From contig CAWGTX010000008.1 of the NCBI GenBank assembly GCA_963825585.1, positions 107,908 to 171,907 on the forward strand: a DNA stretch of 64,000 nt. Direction: 5' to 3'. The stretch's first letter is position 1, and the number at the start of each line of letters is the position of its first letter. The position numbers and the translations under genes are program-made. Positions 9,167 to 19,425 of this stretch are shown piece by piece. The stretch comes from an uncultured bacterium (lineage in GTDB: Bacteria > Actinomycetota > Acidimicrobiia > Spongiisociales > ZC4RG35). The notes under the pieces were generated by a model that did not search any database, was not told the DNA's origin, and saw nothing but the letters and a program-made list of their open reading frames with translations.

Positions 9167-9940
9167 CTAGTACATCACCGCTCCGGCGTTCACGTTCAGG
9201 TCGATGCCGGTGATGCCGCTCGCTTCCCGTGAGGTGAGATAGACCGAGGCGTTGGCCACGTCGACCGGTGACGTGAGCCTGCCCAACGGTGAGTGGGCTT
9301 CGAACTCGGCGCGGACCGCCTCCTCGGTGATGCCCCGGGCCTTGGCCTGGGCACCGATGACCCAGTCGATCCGGGGGCCTTCCACGAACCCGGGTGAGAT
9401 GAGGTTCACCCGGATGTCGTGGGCGCCGGCTTCGAGGGCCAGGGTTCGGGTGAGTCCCACCAGTGCCAGTTTGGTGGAGGTGTAGGGGCTGCGGCCGTAG
9501 AGGGGGCGTTTGCCCGAGATGGACCCGATCACCACGATCGAGCCTCCACCGCGCTGGATGAGCGGCGGCACGATGGCGCGGGCGCAGTGGAAGACACCTT
9601 TGACGTTGACGTCGAAGGTCTCGTCCCATGCGGCCGGGTCCACCTCCCACAGCACGCCGCTGGGCCCGCCGATCCCGCTGTTGGCGATGAGATGATCGAC
9701 CCCACCGAAGCGCTCGACCGTGGCGGACACCATCGCCTCCACACTGGCGAGCGACGTCACATCGGTTTCGACCACCAGTGGCTCCCCGCCCGCTTCCGTG
9801 ACCGCTTCGGCCGTCTCCTCCAGATTGGCGGCGTTGCGCGCCGCCAGCACGACTGCGTCTCCCCGCCTACCGAACACCCGAGCGATCTCCCTCCCGATCC
9901 CCTGACTGGCGCCGGTGACGATCGTGACCTGCCGGGTCAC
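9167..9940 (-). CDS. SDR family oxidoreductase
   Basis: Inner GTG at 9940 of ORF 9167..10024; the upstream part of that ORF only translates the GGTGAAC repeat. TGASQGIGREIA, NSGIG and YTSTKLAL motifs. Confidence 0.8.
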   Translation of the reverse strand: MTRQVTIVTGASQGIGREIARVFGRRGDAVVLAARNAANLEETAEAVTEAGGEPLVVETDVTSLASVEAMVSATVERFGGVDHLIANSGIGGPSGVLWEVDPAAWDETFDVNVKGVFHCARAIVPPLIQRGGGSIVVIGSISGKRPLYGRSPYTSTKLALVGLTRTLALEAGAHDIRVNLISPGFVEGPRIDWVIGAQAKARGITEEAVRAEFEAHSPLGRLTSPVDVANASVYLTSREASGITGIDLNVNAGAVMY

Positions 9941-9953
9941 AACCAACCCCGAC

Positions 9954-10003
9954 GGTGAACGGTGAACGGTGAACGGTGAACGGTCGCGGCTGAACAGTGA
10001 ACC
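9954..10003. repeat. (GGTGAAC)4 tandem heptamer plus degenerate copies
   Basis: ggtgaacggtgaacggtgaacggtgaac at 9954-9981, followed by ggtcgcggctgaacagtgaacc. Intergenic within a minus-strand gene string. Confidence 0.85.
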
Positions 10004-10004
10004 T

Positions 10005-11294
10005 TCATAGAAGCTCCAAGACATCCGGGTAGTACTCGGGATTGAGCCGCAGTCGGCAACTGATGGCGTGTCCTTCCATCAGTTCGGCGTCGGCGACCAC
10101 CGCCGAGTGCTCGGCCACCTGCATGGAGCCTTCGGCGGTGCAGCGTTGGGTGGTGACCGTCTTGAGGAACTTCCCGACCCACAGCCCGCCCGTGTACCGG
10201 GCGGCCCGCTTGGTGGGCAGGGTGTGGTTGGTGCCGATCGCCTTGTCGCCATAGGCGACAGTGGCGTGCCGACCGATGAACAGGCCCCCGTAGTTGGTGC
10301 AGCGTTGCACGAACCAGTCGGGATCGGCGGTGTGGACTTCGAGATGCTCCGGGGCGATGTCGTCGGCGACCTTCAAGAGCTCCTCGTCGTCCTCGACCAG
10401 GATGACCGTGCCGAAGTCGCGCCAGGCGGCGCCGGCGATCCGGGCGGTGGGCCAGCTCTCGAGCCAGCGGTCGACTTCGCGGATGGTGGCGAGACCGATC
10501 TCTTTCGACGACGTCGCCAGGATGGCGGGCGAGGTGGGACCGTGCTCGGCCTGCCCGAGGAGGTCGCAGGCGAGGATCGCCGGGTCGGCCGTTTCGTCGG
10601 CGATGATCATGATCTCGGTGGGTCCGGCGAGCAGGTCGATGCCCACGGTGCCGAACAGCTGCCGTTTCGCCTCGGCGACGTAGGCGTTGCCGGGGCCGAC
10701 GATCATGTCGACCGGGTCGGCATCCTCGAGGCCGAACGCCATGCCGGCCAGCGCCTGCACACCGCCGACGCAGAAGATCTCGTCGGCTCCCGATTCCACC
10801 ATGGCCCACAGCTGGGGCCGGTGCATGCCGCGTTCGTCCCGGGGCGGAGCGGCCGCCATCACCCTCGGCACCTCGGCGACCTTGGCGACTGCCACGGTCA
10901 TCACCGCCGAGGCGATGAGTGGATAGGCGCCACCCGGTGAGTAGGCGCCGACCGAACCGACCGGGATCCACTTCTGGCCGAGGATCACGCCGGGCAGGGT
11001 CTCGGTCTCGAAGTCGACGAGGGTCTCGCGCTGGAGACGGGCGAAGTTGGTGACCTGGTCGATGAGGAACCGGGAGCTGACGGCCACCGACTCCTCCATC
11101 TCGGCGTAGGCGGTGTCGATGGTCTGCTGTGACACCCGAAACGACTCGGGTGCCCACTTGTCGAACTGCTCGGAGTAGCGACGAACGGCGGAGGTGCCCT
11201 CACGGGACACGTCGGAGATGATTCGGCTAACCGTGTCGCGGATCTCCTGGGTCACCTCCTCGGGCGTCGGGTTCGGCTGCTTGAGGTATTCCAT
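10005..11294 (-). CDS. histidinol dehydrogenase family oxidoreductase (catabolic paralogue likely)
   Basis: ORF track, 429 aa. GAYSPGGAYP, CVGGVQALAGMAFG, VGPGNAYVAEAKR, GQAEHGP. Confidence 0.8.
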   Translation of the reverse strand: MEYLKQPNPTPEEVTQEIRDTVSRIISDVSREGTSAVRRYSEQFDKWAPESFRVSQQTIDTAYAEMEESVAVSSRFLIDQVTNFARLQRETLVDFETETLPGVILGQKWIPVGSVGAYSPGGAYPLIASAVMTVAVAKVAEVPRVMAAAPPRDERGMHRPQLWAMVESGADEIFCVGGVQALAGMAFGLEDADPVDMIVGPGNAYVAEAKRQLFGTVGIDLLAGPTEIMIIADETADPAILACDLLGQAEHGPTSPAILATSSKEIGLATIREVDRWLESWPTARIAGAAWRDFGTVILVEDDEELLKVADDIAPEHLEVHTADPDWFVQRCTNYGGLFIGRHATVAYGDKAIGTNHTLPTKRAARYTGGLWVGKFLKTVTTQRCTAEGSMQVAEHSAVVADAELMEGHAISCRLRLNPEYYPDVLELL

Positions 11295-11382
11295 TGTTCT
11301 CCCGGGGTATGACCAGGACGATCATATATCCTGCAATGTGCCGCGGCCGGCCGAACGGGCATGTCGAAGCCACAACTGCGAG

Positions 11383-13809
11383 TCACGCCCCAGCTTGCTC
11401 GAGTGCCTCCACGATCCGCTCGGGGGTGGCCGGAAGGTGGCGCATGCGAACACCGAACGGCTCCAATGCGTCGTCGATGGCTGAGAAGATGGCTCCCGGC
11501 GCCATCATGCGACCTCCCTCGCCGCCCCCTTTGATCCCGTATGGCGTGTACGGAGATGGTGTCTCGTGATGCCCGCACTTGACGTGAGGGACGTCCATCG
11601 AGGTGGGGATGAGATAGTTGAGGAGCGTGCCCGATTGGAACGTCCCCTGGTCGTCGTAGACGAATTCCTCCAAGAGGGTCGATCCGATCCCTTGGGCGGT
11701 GCCACCGATCATGTGTCCCTCCAACGACCGTGGGTTCACCATGGTGCCGCAGTCGTGGACCGCCACGTAGTCGAGGAAGTCGACCTTGCCGGTGTCGATG
11801 TCGACCTCGATCACGCAGACGTGACACGCGTGGCCCATGAACGGGTAGAACACTCCGAGGTCGGTGCGATCGGGAGACGGCATGGTCGTATAGGGGTGGT
11901 CGTGGACCTGACTCGCCTCGAGTCCGGATTCGATGTCGTCTGGCAGGGAGTGTTTGAAGAGGTGCGCCATGATGGCGACCTCACCGAGCGTCTTGCGTGC
12001 GTTCGGGCTGCCCTTGACCTGGATGCCGCCGTCGACCCATTCCAGATCCTCCACCGAGACCTCGAGGAGATGGGAGGCGATCCGGAATGCCTTGTGCTTG
12101 ATCTTGGCGGCGGCGCCTTCGACGGCTCCGGCGATCATCACTGTGAACCGACTACCGCCGGGCCCCGTGGCCGGTAGACCCTGTCCGGTTCCGGCGTAGA
12201 CCACACTCACCGACGACGGATCGACGTCGAACTCCTCAGCCACCAACTGGGCGGTCATCGTCTCCGGTGAGTTCCCCCAGAAGGCACAGGAGTACAGGGT
12301 GGCCGTGATGTTGCCGAGCGCGTCGACGTCGAGTGTCACGCTCTCGGGCATCGACGTGACCGGTGCCCCCGGCTCGTCGAACCAGAACCAGAACTCGGTG
12401 GCGCTGAAGACGCTCCGCTCCTGGCAGGACACCAACCCGAGTCCGATGTATCGACCCTCTGGACGCAACCGCTCCTTCTCGGCCTGCCAATGGTCCCAGT
12501 CGGCCATCTCCAACGCCGTGTCCAGTACCGGCTCGTAGTCCCCTGAGTCGTACACGTTGCCTGTCGGGATGAAGTACGGGAACTGCTCGGGCTGGATGAA
12601 GTTCTTGCGTCGGATCTCACGGCGGTCCATGCCCAGCTGTTTTGCAGCGAGGTCGACCATCCGTTCCAGCATCCAATTGTTGACCTCGGATCCGAACCCG
12701 CGGTAGGCGCCTTGTTGATTCTTGTTGGTGAGCACCGCCTGCAACCCGTACTCGACGGCGCCGATCCGGTAGGGACCGGTGACCTGAGCAAGGGCGTTTC
12801 CGTGGTGGCCGACGCCGAACTGGATATAGGCGCCGTAGTCCTCGATCGTTCTCAGCGAGAGCCCGGTCAGAATTCCGTCGTTGGTGACGCCCAACTTCAC
12901 GTAGTAGATCCGGTCCGACCCCGAGTGGTCGTTGTTGGCGAGCGCATCGTGGCGGTCTTCCATGTACATGGCAGGCCGCCCGGTGAGCTTGGACATCATT
13001 CCAGCGATCGCAGCCGGCTTGACCGCCCACAGCTTGGAGCCGAAGCTCCCGCCGGCCGGGACAGGGTGGACGTCAAGCCGGTTCGAGGGGATCTTGAGCG
13101 TCCCGGCCAGCATGAAGAGGTAGCTGGTGAAACTCAGCGAGTTCTCCCAGATCGTCATCTGACCGGTGCCGGTGTCGAACGAAGCGATGGCGCCCACCGG
13201 CTCGATCGGCTGGGAGCCTGATCGGCCCCAATGCAACCGGTCCTCCACGACGAGGTCGGCCTGGGCGAATGCCGCTTCCACGTCACCGAACTGGAAGGTG
13301 CGCTCGTAGGCGACATTGGTGCCCAATGGATCGTGAACGAGGGGAGAGCCCGGCTTCAGCGCCGCTTCCGGGTCGACGATCGGGGGAAGCTCGTCGTAGT
13401 CGACCCACACCAGCGAGGCGGCGTCTTCAGCGATGTAGCGGGACTCGGCGACCACCGCCGCCACACCTTCACCGACATACCGGACCTTTTCGTGGGCCAG
13501 TACTCGCCAGGTGTGCTTGGACGGATCCGGTCCGAAGTCGGGCAATGGGTCACACAGTTCGGCCGCTTCGGCACCGGTGACGATCGCCACCACCCCGGGG
13601 AGAGCACGGGCTTCTCGAGTGTCTATCGACTTGATGACTGCGTGTGCGTATGGCGACTTCACCAGGGCGATGTGCATCATGCCCGGGAGGGCCCGGTCGG
13701 CGATGTAGCCACCCTTGCCCCTGAGGAACTTGGGGTCTTCGATCCTGCGGATGGACTTGCCGACCCAATTGGTTTCCTTGGTGTGCTCTCTGACGTCCGG
13801 AATGCTCAC
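11383..13809 (-). CDS. molybdopterin-dependent hydroxylase large subunit (xanthine dehydrogenase / CO dehydrogenase family)
   Basis: ORF track, 808 aa. N-terminal GKSIRRIEDPKFLRGKGGYIAD, GAYRGFG, GGGEGG near the C-terminus. Confidence 0.9.
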   Translation of the reverse strand: MSIPDVREHTKETNWVGKSIRRIEDPKFLRGKGGYIADRALPGMMHIALVKSPYAHAVIKSIDTREARALPGVVAIVTGAEAAELCDPLPDFGPDPSKHTWRVLAHEKVRYVGEGVAAVVAESRYIAEDAASLVWVDYDELPPIVDPEAALKPGSPLVHDPLGTNVAYERTFQFGDVEAAFAQADLVVEDRLHWGRSGSQPIEPVGAIASFDTGTGQMTIWENSLSFTSYLFMLAGTLKIPSNRLDVHPVPAGGSFGSKLWAVKPAAIAGMMSKLTGRPAMYMEDRHDALANNDHSGSDRIYYVKLGVTNDGILTGLSLRTIEDYGAYIQFGVGHHGNALAQVTGPYRIGAVEYGLQAVLTNKNQQGAYRGFGSEVNNWMLERMVDLAAKQLGMDRREIRRKNFIQPEQFPYFIPTGNVYDSGDYEPVLDTALEMADWDHWQAEKERLRPEGRYIGLGLVSCQERSVFSATEFWFWFDEPGAPVTSMPESVTLDVDALGNITATLYSCAFWGNSPETMTAQLVAEEFDVDPSSVSVVYAGTGQGLPATGPGGSRFTVMIAGAVEGAAAKIKHKAFRIASHLLEVSVEDLEWVDGGIQVKGSPNARKTLGEVAIMAHLFKHSLPDDIESGLEASQVHDHPYTTMPSPDRTDLGVFYPFMGHACHVCVIEVDIDTGKVDFLDYVAVHDCGTMVNPRSLEGHMIGGTAQGIGSTLLEEFVYDDQGTFQSGTLLNYLIPTSMDVPHVKCGHHETPSPYTPYGIKGGGEGGRMMAPGAIFSAIDDALEPFGVRMRHLPATPERIVEALEQAGA

Positions 13810-13821
13810 TTCTGGCCCCTT

Positions 13822-14292
13822 TCAGGTCTCGACCGAGAGGCGGTCGGCGGCATCGAGAATCGACTCGACGATGAATTGGTACCCGGTACACCGGCACAGA
13901 TTCCCGGCGATGGCCTCTCGGACGCTCTCGGCGCTGGGATGGGGGTCGGTATCCAGGATCTCCTTGGCCCGCATCAGCATCCCCGGGGTACAAAAGCCGC
14001 ATTGGAGACCCTGCTGGGCCCAGAAGGCCTCCTGGAGGGGATGCAGATCCGGTCCAGACGCCAGACCCTCGACCGTGGCCACCTCACAGCCATCGGCCTG
14101 AACAGCCAGCATGAGACACGACAGCACCGACCTGCCATCGACGAGAACGGTGCAGGCTCCACAGACGCCCTGCTCGCACCCGGTGTGGGTACCGGTGAGC
14201 CCGAGACCGTCACGTAGGTGATCGACCAACGCCACTCTCGGGTCGACGTCCCGATCCCACGCCACCCCGTTCACCGTGATCGTCGTTCTCAT
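13822..14292 (-). CDS. (2Fe-2S)-binding small subunit of the Mo-hydroxylase
   Basis: Inner ATG at 14292 of ORF 13822..14508. GCEQGVCGACTV and CGFCTPGM...CRCTGY cysteine motifs. Confidence 0.9.
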   Translation of the reverse strand: MRTTITVNGVAWDRDVDPRVALVDHLRDGLGLTGTHTGCEQGVCGACTVLVDGRSVLSCLMLAVQADGCEVATVEGLASGPDLHPLQEAFWAQQGLQCGFCTPGMLMRAKEILDTDPHPSAESVREAIAGNLCRCTGYQFIVESILDAADRLSVET

Positions 14293-15155
14293 CCATTTCC
14301 TCCTGCGCCATTCACTGCGGCCGCCAGAGCCCGCCGGGTGTAGGCCCGGCCGACTCTCACTCGATACGCTCCCGATCCATGTACGTCCGCCGGTGGGTTC
14401 AAACCAGCCACGGCCGCCTCGGCCGCCTCGGCCAGTACCTCGGGTGTGGGCTGACGCCCCAGAAGCGCATCGGACGGCGCAACGATCGGAGTTCCTGCCA
14501 TTCCGCACATCCCGATCGACGCTCGGTCGACCTCACCGTCGGTCAGGTGGATGGCGGCTCCCACGCCGACGACGGGAAAGCCGTGATAGATCCGGCTGAA
14601 CTCGGTCCATGCGAACCCGGTTCCATCGGGCCACACCGGGAACCGCACCTCGACGATGATCTCGTCGTCGGAGAGGGCGGTCGAGAACGGTCCGGTGAAG
14701 AGGTCGATCGCCGGAATCTCTCGCTCTCCTCTCGTCGACCTTGCGAGTACCGATCCGCCCATGAGTCGGAGCACCGCCGGCACTTCTGCCGAGGGATCGG
14801 CATGGGCAACACTGCCCGCGATCGTGCCCCGGTGACGGATCTGCGCGTGACCCACCCATTCCAAGGCCGACACCAACAGCGGGGCGGAGACGGCGGCGAT
14901 CTCTGAGCCGAGCACGGTCTGTTGCCGAGCGGTGGCGCCAACCGTCAGGTTCCCGTTGGCGACGCCGATCCGGTCCAGCTCATCGATGCGGTTCACGTCG
15001 ATCAGGTGATCGGGCATCGCCAGCCGGTAGTGCATGAGGGGCATGAGACTCTGCCCACCCGCCAGGATGCGCGCCTCAGCTCCCAGTTCGCCTTTCAGGG
15101 AGATGGCCTCATCGAGGCTCGAAGGCCGGTGGTATTCGAAGGGTGCCGACTTCAT
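14289..15155 (-). CDS. FAD-binding medium subunit of the Mo-hydroxylase
   Basis: Inner ATG at 15155 (GGGAGA upstream) of ORF 14289..15230. ILAGGQSL and RHRGTIAGS motifs. ATGA overlap with the small subunit. Confidence 0.85.
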   Translation of the reverse strand: MKSAPFEYHRPSSLDEAISLKGELGAEARILAGGQSLMPLMHYRLAMPDHLIDVNRIDELDRIGVANGNLTVGATARQQTVLGSEIAAVSAPLLVSALEWVGHAQIRHRGTIAGSVAHADPSAEVPAVLRLMGGSVLARSTRGEREIPAIDLFTGPFSTALSDDEIIVEVRFPVWPDGTGFAWTEFSRIYHGFPVVGVGAAIHLTDGEVDRASIGMCGMAGTPIVAPSDALLGRQPTPEVLAEAAEAAVAGLNPPADVHGSGAYRVRVGRAYTRRALAAAVNGAGGNG

Positions 15156-15400
15156 GGGTCTCCCATCGTCCAGGCGGCACAAGCCGGGGCCTTGGTCACC
15201 GCATCTCGGGCTGAGCCGCCTCGACCGCACGGCCCAGGGTTCGCTACTCAGGTATACACCGGGCCGACCTGAGCGGCGCCTCCCCTATCGGAAAGAAATC
15301 GCGAACCGGCCGAGAAGCATCACCGGTTCGAGGATTCGCAGGTACGTGGCGTACCGCAACGGATCGGTCCAACCGGTGTGGTAGCGATACAGTCCGGCCG

Positions 15401-16246
15401 ATGGACACCACGGAAGTCATGGTCAACGGAGCGCGGTTCGTGGTCTCGAGCATCGGGTCCCCCGCCTTGCCCAGCGTGGTGGTGCTGCACGGATTCCCCG
15501 ACGATCGGATCGGCATCTCGGATCTCGCCGGCCGCATCGCCGACGGGGGCTTCCGCTGCATCGTGCCCGACCAGCGGGGTTGTGGCGCGAGCGACGCTCC
15601 GGCGGATCCAGAGTCGTATGCCACCAACCGGCTGGTCGATGATGTCGAGGGCATCCTGGCGGCGATGGGAGCGGAGCGGGCCCACGTGGTCGGCCACGAT
15701 TGGGGTGGAGCGGTGGCGTGGACGGCGGCGATGCAGCACCGGCCGTGGCTCGACCGACTCGTGGCGATCAACGTGCCTCACCCTTCCAGCTTCCTCGTCT
15801 TCGCCCGCCGTCAGCCCCACCAGCTCATGAGGAGCTGGTACATGGCCTTCTTCCAGCTTCCGCGACTGCCCGAGTGGGTGCTGGGTCGGAAGGACTTCCG
15901 GCCGCTGGCGGCCACCCTCCGTTCGACCGCCGCCGACGGCGTGTTCGATCGTGCCTCCCTCGACCGGTACCGGGCGGTATGGGCGCGCCCGGGGGTCATC
16001 ACGGGGATGCTCAACTGGTACCGGGGCGTTCGTCACACCCCGCCCCCGACCGGCACCAGGGTCGACGCACCCACGCTCGTCATATGGGGTGACGGCGACG
16101 CCGTGCTCGACGCCCGGTTGGCCGACCTGAGCGCTGGGCGCTGCATGAACGCCCGGGTAGTGCACCTGCCCCGGCTCGGTCATTGGCCGCATCTCGAGTC
16201 CCCCGAAGAGGTGGCCTCTCTCATCGTCGAGCATTTACAACCGTGA
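15401..16246 (+). CDS. alpha/beta hydrolase (epoxide hydrolase / haloalkane dehalogenase-like)
   Basis: ORF track, 281 aa. LHGFPD and VGHDWGG nucleophile-elbow motif, C-terminal GHWP. Confidence 0.85.
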   Translation: MDTTEVMVNGARFVVSSIGSPALPSVVVLHGFPDDRIGISDLAGRIADGGFRCIVPDQRGCGASDAPADPESYATNRLVDDVEGILAAMGAERAHVVGHDWGGAVAWTAAMQHRPWLDRLVAINVPHPSSFLVFARRQPHQLMRSWYMAFFQLPRLPEWVLGRKDFRPLAATLRSTAADGVFDRASLDRYRAVWARPGVITGMLNWYRGVRHTPPPTGTRVDAPTLVIWGDGDAVLDARLADLSAGRCMNARVVHLPRLGHWPHLESPEEVASLIVEHLQP

Positions 16247-16875
16247 CGCCGCTCACCGATGAGTCGTTCTCGGCAACGGTCGACCTCCTCTGTTCCGTCG
16301 ACGCTCGGCTCGCGGCGGTGGTCGATGCCCATGGCCCACCTCCCTTCTGGACCCGCTCGCCCGGGTTCGCAACGCTGGTGCTCCTGATCCTCGAGCAGCA
16401 GGTGTCGCTGGCTTCGGCTGCGGCCGCCTTCCGCCGACTCGAGGAACGGGTGGGAGGGGTGACACCCCATGGCATCCTCACCTCGAGCGACGAGGCGTTG
16501 CGCGCCGACGGCTTCTCCCGCCAGAAGTCTGCCTATGTCCGGGGGCTGGCCGAGGCGGTGAACTCGGGCCGCTTCGACCTGGAATCGATTGCCGGCCTGA
16601 GCGACGAGCAGACCCGGTCGGCCCTCACGGCCCTGCCGGGTATCGGGCCATGGACGGCGGATGTGTACCTGCTCTCGTGTCTGCGCAGGCCGGACGTGTG
16701 GCCGGTCGGGGACCGGGCGCTGCAAGTCGGGGCGGCAGAAGTCTGCGATTTGGCGGCAATACCGACGGCAGAGCATCTAGCCTCGCTGGGCGAGCCGTGG
16801 CGCCCTCACCGGTCGTCCGCGGCCCGCATCCTGTGGCACGGATACCTGTGTCGAAGGGGGCGGAGCACCATTTGA
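16243..16875 (+). CDS. HhH-GPD superfamily DNA glycosylase (3-methyladenine glycosylase II-like)
   Basis: GTG 16243 overlaps the preceding stop (GTGA). LPGIGPWTADVYLL helix-hairpin-helix and VWPVGDRAL. Confidence 0.75.
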   Translation: MTPLTDESFSATVDLLCSVDARLAAVVDAHGPPPFWTRSPGFATLVLLILEQQVSLASAAAAFRRLEERVGGVTPHGILTSSDEALRADGFSRQKSAYVRGLAEAVNSGRFDLESIAGLSDEQTRSALTALPGIGPWTADVYLLSCLRRPDVWPVGDRALQVGAAEVCDLAAIPTAEHLASLGEPWRPHRSSAARILWHGYLCRRGRSTI

Positions 16876-16995
16876 CCGACCCCGAGATACTACGTACTCT
16901 ACATAATGCACAGTTGCCCGCGAAGCGTGTTGTCACACCGATCGCACGGTTCCGGGTCGACCATATGAACACGGCACCGACAGAGGGAGACTGAC

Positions 16996-18351
16996 GTGAT
17001 GGCTGGTTCGAGGAAAGGAGTCCCCAACGGGGACTCGAAGCGAATGGACGTGAGGAAGCTCCTCGCACTGTTCGCAGTACTGGCAATGGTGATCGCCGCC
17101 TGTGGCGGTGGTGACGATGCCGTCGAGACCACGGCCGGCGCTGGTGGAGACGCTGGTGGCGACGGCGAGCAGATCGAGCTGCTCGTGTGGGCGTCGCGCG
17201 ACTGGTACGCAGTGCCCGACGATTTCGCAGCCTTCATGGAGGCGAACCCCAACGTCACCGTGACCCAGGACGTCCAGGGCAACGACGACATCCTGCAGCA
17301 GCTCCAGCGCATGAAGGATGCCGGTCAGCGCATGCCCGACATCGTCAATGACGACAACTTCCTGATGGAGGCCTACGTCGCCGGCGGGTTCGTGCTTCCC
17401 TTCGACGAGTGGAAGGACAAGTGGGAGGCTGAGTACCCAGACGAGTACAACAACATCCTCCCGGTCGCCTGGGAAGAGAACACCATCGACGGTCAGGTCT
17501 GGGGCGTGTCGCTCACAGCCAACTTCGACGTCCTCTACTACAACGTGGAGCACATCGAGGCTGCCGGTGTCGACCCGACCGCCATCAACTCGCTCGACGG
17601 TGTGCTCGATGCGATGCGGGCAGTCAAGGCGTCGAATCCCGACGTCATCCCGCTGACGGTGCAGGCGCTTCCTGGCCAGGGCGTCACCACACTGAAGACG
17701 GTTCTGGCTGCGGCCGGCGCCCCGTTCGACGGTGCGGTTCCCGACCTCACCAGCCCCGGTGGCATCTACTCGCTGAACTGGTTCATCACCGCTGCCAACG
17801 AGGGGCTGTTGCCCCCCGAGGCGATCGCATGGGGTGAGGGCGAAGCACGTGGCGCCTTCCTGGGCAAGAACGCAGGGTTCATCCTCGACGGCTTCACCGT
17901 CGCCGGTGACTTCGCCGAAGAGGAGGGCTTCGACCTCGGCACGGTGTGGGGTGTGTTCCCCGTTCCGGCCAGCCAGACCGGCGCCCAGAAGGATGGCAAC
18001 CAGGTGTCCGCCTCCCGGGCGTGGTTCATCAACGCCGACACCGAGCATCCTGAAGAGGCCTTCCAGGCCATCCGCGAGGTGCACAACACGCTGCTCGATC
18101 AGGCCGAGAACGGTGGCGTGCCCATGCGGAACAGCGAGTTCCTCGCCGATCCACGCCTGGAGACGCTGTGGCCGTTCTTCGACGACACGCTCCGTGCGGC
18201 ATACGCCGGCTCCGCGACAACGCCTGCCGGTCTCAACGGTGGCGAAGTCGAGGGTGTCCTCGAGGAGCTGTTCGGTGAGATCGTCATCGGCACCGACAAG
18301 AGCGCCGAAGACCTGGCTGCCGAGTATCAGGAGATCCTCAACGGCCTGTGA
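16996..18351 (+). CDS. ABC transporter substrate-binding lipoprotein (CUT1 sugar type)
   Basis: ORF track, 451 aa. Signal peptide with lipobox LAMVIAACGGG. Followed by two MalF/MalG-type permeases. Confidence 0.85.
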   Translation: MMAGSRKGVPNGDSKRMDVRKLLALFAVLAMVIAACGGGDDAVETTAGAGGDAGGDGEQIELLVWASRDWYAVPDDFAAFMEANPNVTVTQDVQGNDDILQQLQRMKDAGQRMPDIVNDDNFLMEAYVAGGFVLPFDEWKDKWEAEYPDEYNNILPVAWEENTIDGQVWGVSLTANFDVLYYNVEHIEAAGVDPTAINSLDGVLDAMRAVKASNPDVIPLTVQALPGQGVTTLKTVLAAAGAPFDGAVPDLTSPGGIYSLNWFITAANEGLLPPEAIAWGEGEARGAFLGKNAGFILDGFTVAGDFAEEEGFDLGTVWGVFPVPASQTGAQKDGNQVSASRAWFINADTEHPEEAFQAIREVHNTLLDQAENGGVPMRNSEFLADPRLETLWPFFDDTLRAAYAGSATTPAGLNGGEVEGVLEELFGEIVIGTDKSAEDLAAEYQEILNGL

Positions 18352-18389
18352 TCTCACCGATCACATGACGACGACATGACCCGCCTCGA

Positions 18390-18428
18390 GTTTGTCTCTC
18401 CCCCGGCCCCGCCGGGGGAGAGACAAAC
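18390..18428 (+). promoter_or_regulatory. intercistronic stem-loop (perfect 17-bp stem, 5-nt loop, no U tract)
   Basis: gtttgtctctcccccgg-ccccg-ccgggggagagacaaac, between the binding-protein gene and the first permease gene. Confidence 0.7.
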
Positions 18429-18470
18429 CGGGAGGGTCGATCCATCAGGCGATTTTCGAGGAGCGGCCAG

Positions 18471-19424
18471 GTGACGGCGACCGCAGAACGGACCAAGAGT
18501 CCCAAGCAGCGTCGGAAGAAGACCGACGAAGTCCAGCAGAACAGCGCCCTGATTGGCCACAGTAAGGCACTGCCCTACTTGTTCTCGATGCCATCGATCC
18601 TGGTCGTGACGGCGATCCTCGCCTTCCCGGTCCTGTACGGCACCTGGCAGAGTTTCTACCGGCCCGAGATGCTGGGCGCCACTGCCGAGTGGGTGGGGTG
18701 GCAGAACTACCGGACCATGTTCGCCGACCGCGACTTCCTCAACTCGTTGTGGCGGACGTTTCAGTTCACGTTCGGTGTGCTGGTGGTGGGCACGGTGCTC
18801 GGCCTGTTCTTCGCCGTCGCCCTCTACAACGCCGCCGGCAAGCTTCGTTTCCTCCGTGCCGTCACCCTGGCGCCCTACCTGATCTCGAACGTGGCGGCCG
18901 CCGTGATGTTTCGGATCCTCTTCAACAACGAGTTCGGCATGGTGAACGCCGGTCTCCGCCTCATCGGGATATCGGAACCTCCCGTCTGGTTCGCCGACCA
19001 GACCTGGGCGATGGGCGTCATCATCTTCGCCCAGGTGTGGACCGACCTCCCGCTCACAATCCTGCTCCTACTGGGCGGTCTCATGACGATCGACCGCTCT
19101 TACATGGACGCAGCACTCGTCGACGGCGCCTCACCATGGCAACGGGTGCGCTATCTGACGATCCCATTCCTGGCACCACAGATACTGATCAGCACCGTGT
19201 GGCTCAGCTATTCGACGCTGACCGGCCTCGGAGTGGTGTTGGCCATGACCGGCGGTGGTCCACTGAAGGCAACCAACACCCTGGCGATGCAGATGTACAC
19301 CGTGGCGTTCCGGAACCTGAAATTCAACGACGCCCTCGCCATCGCCACCTTCATCCTGATCATCAACGCCATCCTGACCCTCGCCTATGTGGCGATCGCC
19401 CGCAAGAACGAAGTGGAGGTGTGA
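18471..19424 (+). CDS. carbohydrate ABC transporter permease (MalF-like)
   Basis: ORF track, 317 aa. GTG start after GAGGAG. Multiple hydrophobic spans. Confidence 0.85.
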   Translation: MTATAERTKSPKQRRKKTDEVQQNSALIGHSKALPYLFSMPSILVVTAILAFPVLYGTWQSFYRPEMLGATAEWVGWQNYRTMFADRDFLNSLWRTFQFTFGVLVVGTVLGLFFAVALYNAAGKLRFLRAVTLAPYLISNVAAAVMFRILFNNEFGMVNAGLRLIGISEPPVWFADQTWAMGVIIFAQVWTDLPLTILLLLGGLMTIDRSYMDAALVDGASPWQRVRYLTIPFLAPQILISTVWLSYSTLTGLGVVLAMTGGGPLKATNTLAMQMYTVAFRNLKFNDALAIATFILIINAILTLAYVAIARKNEVEV

Positions 19425-19425
19425 C

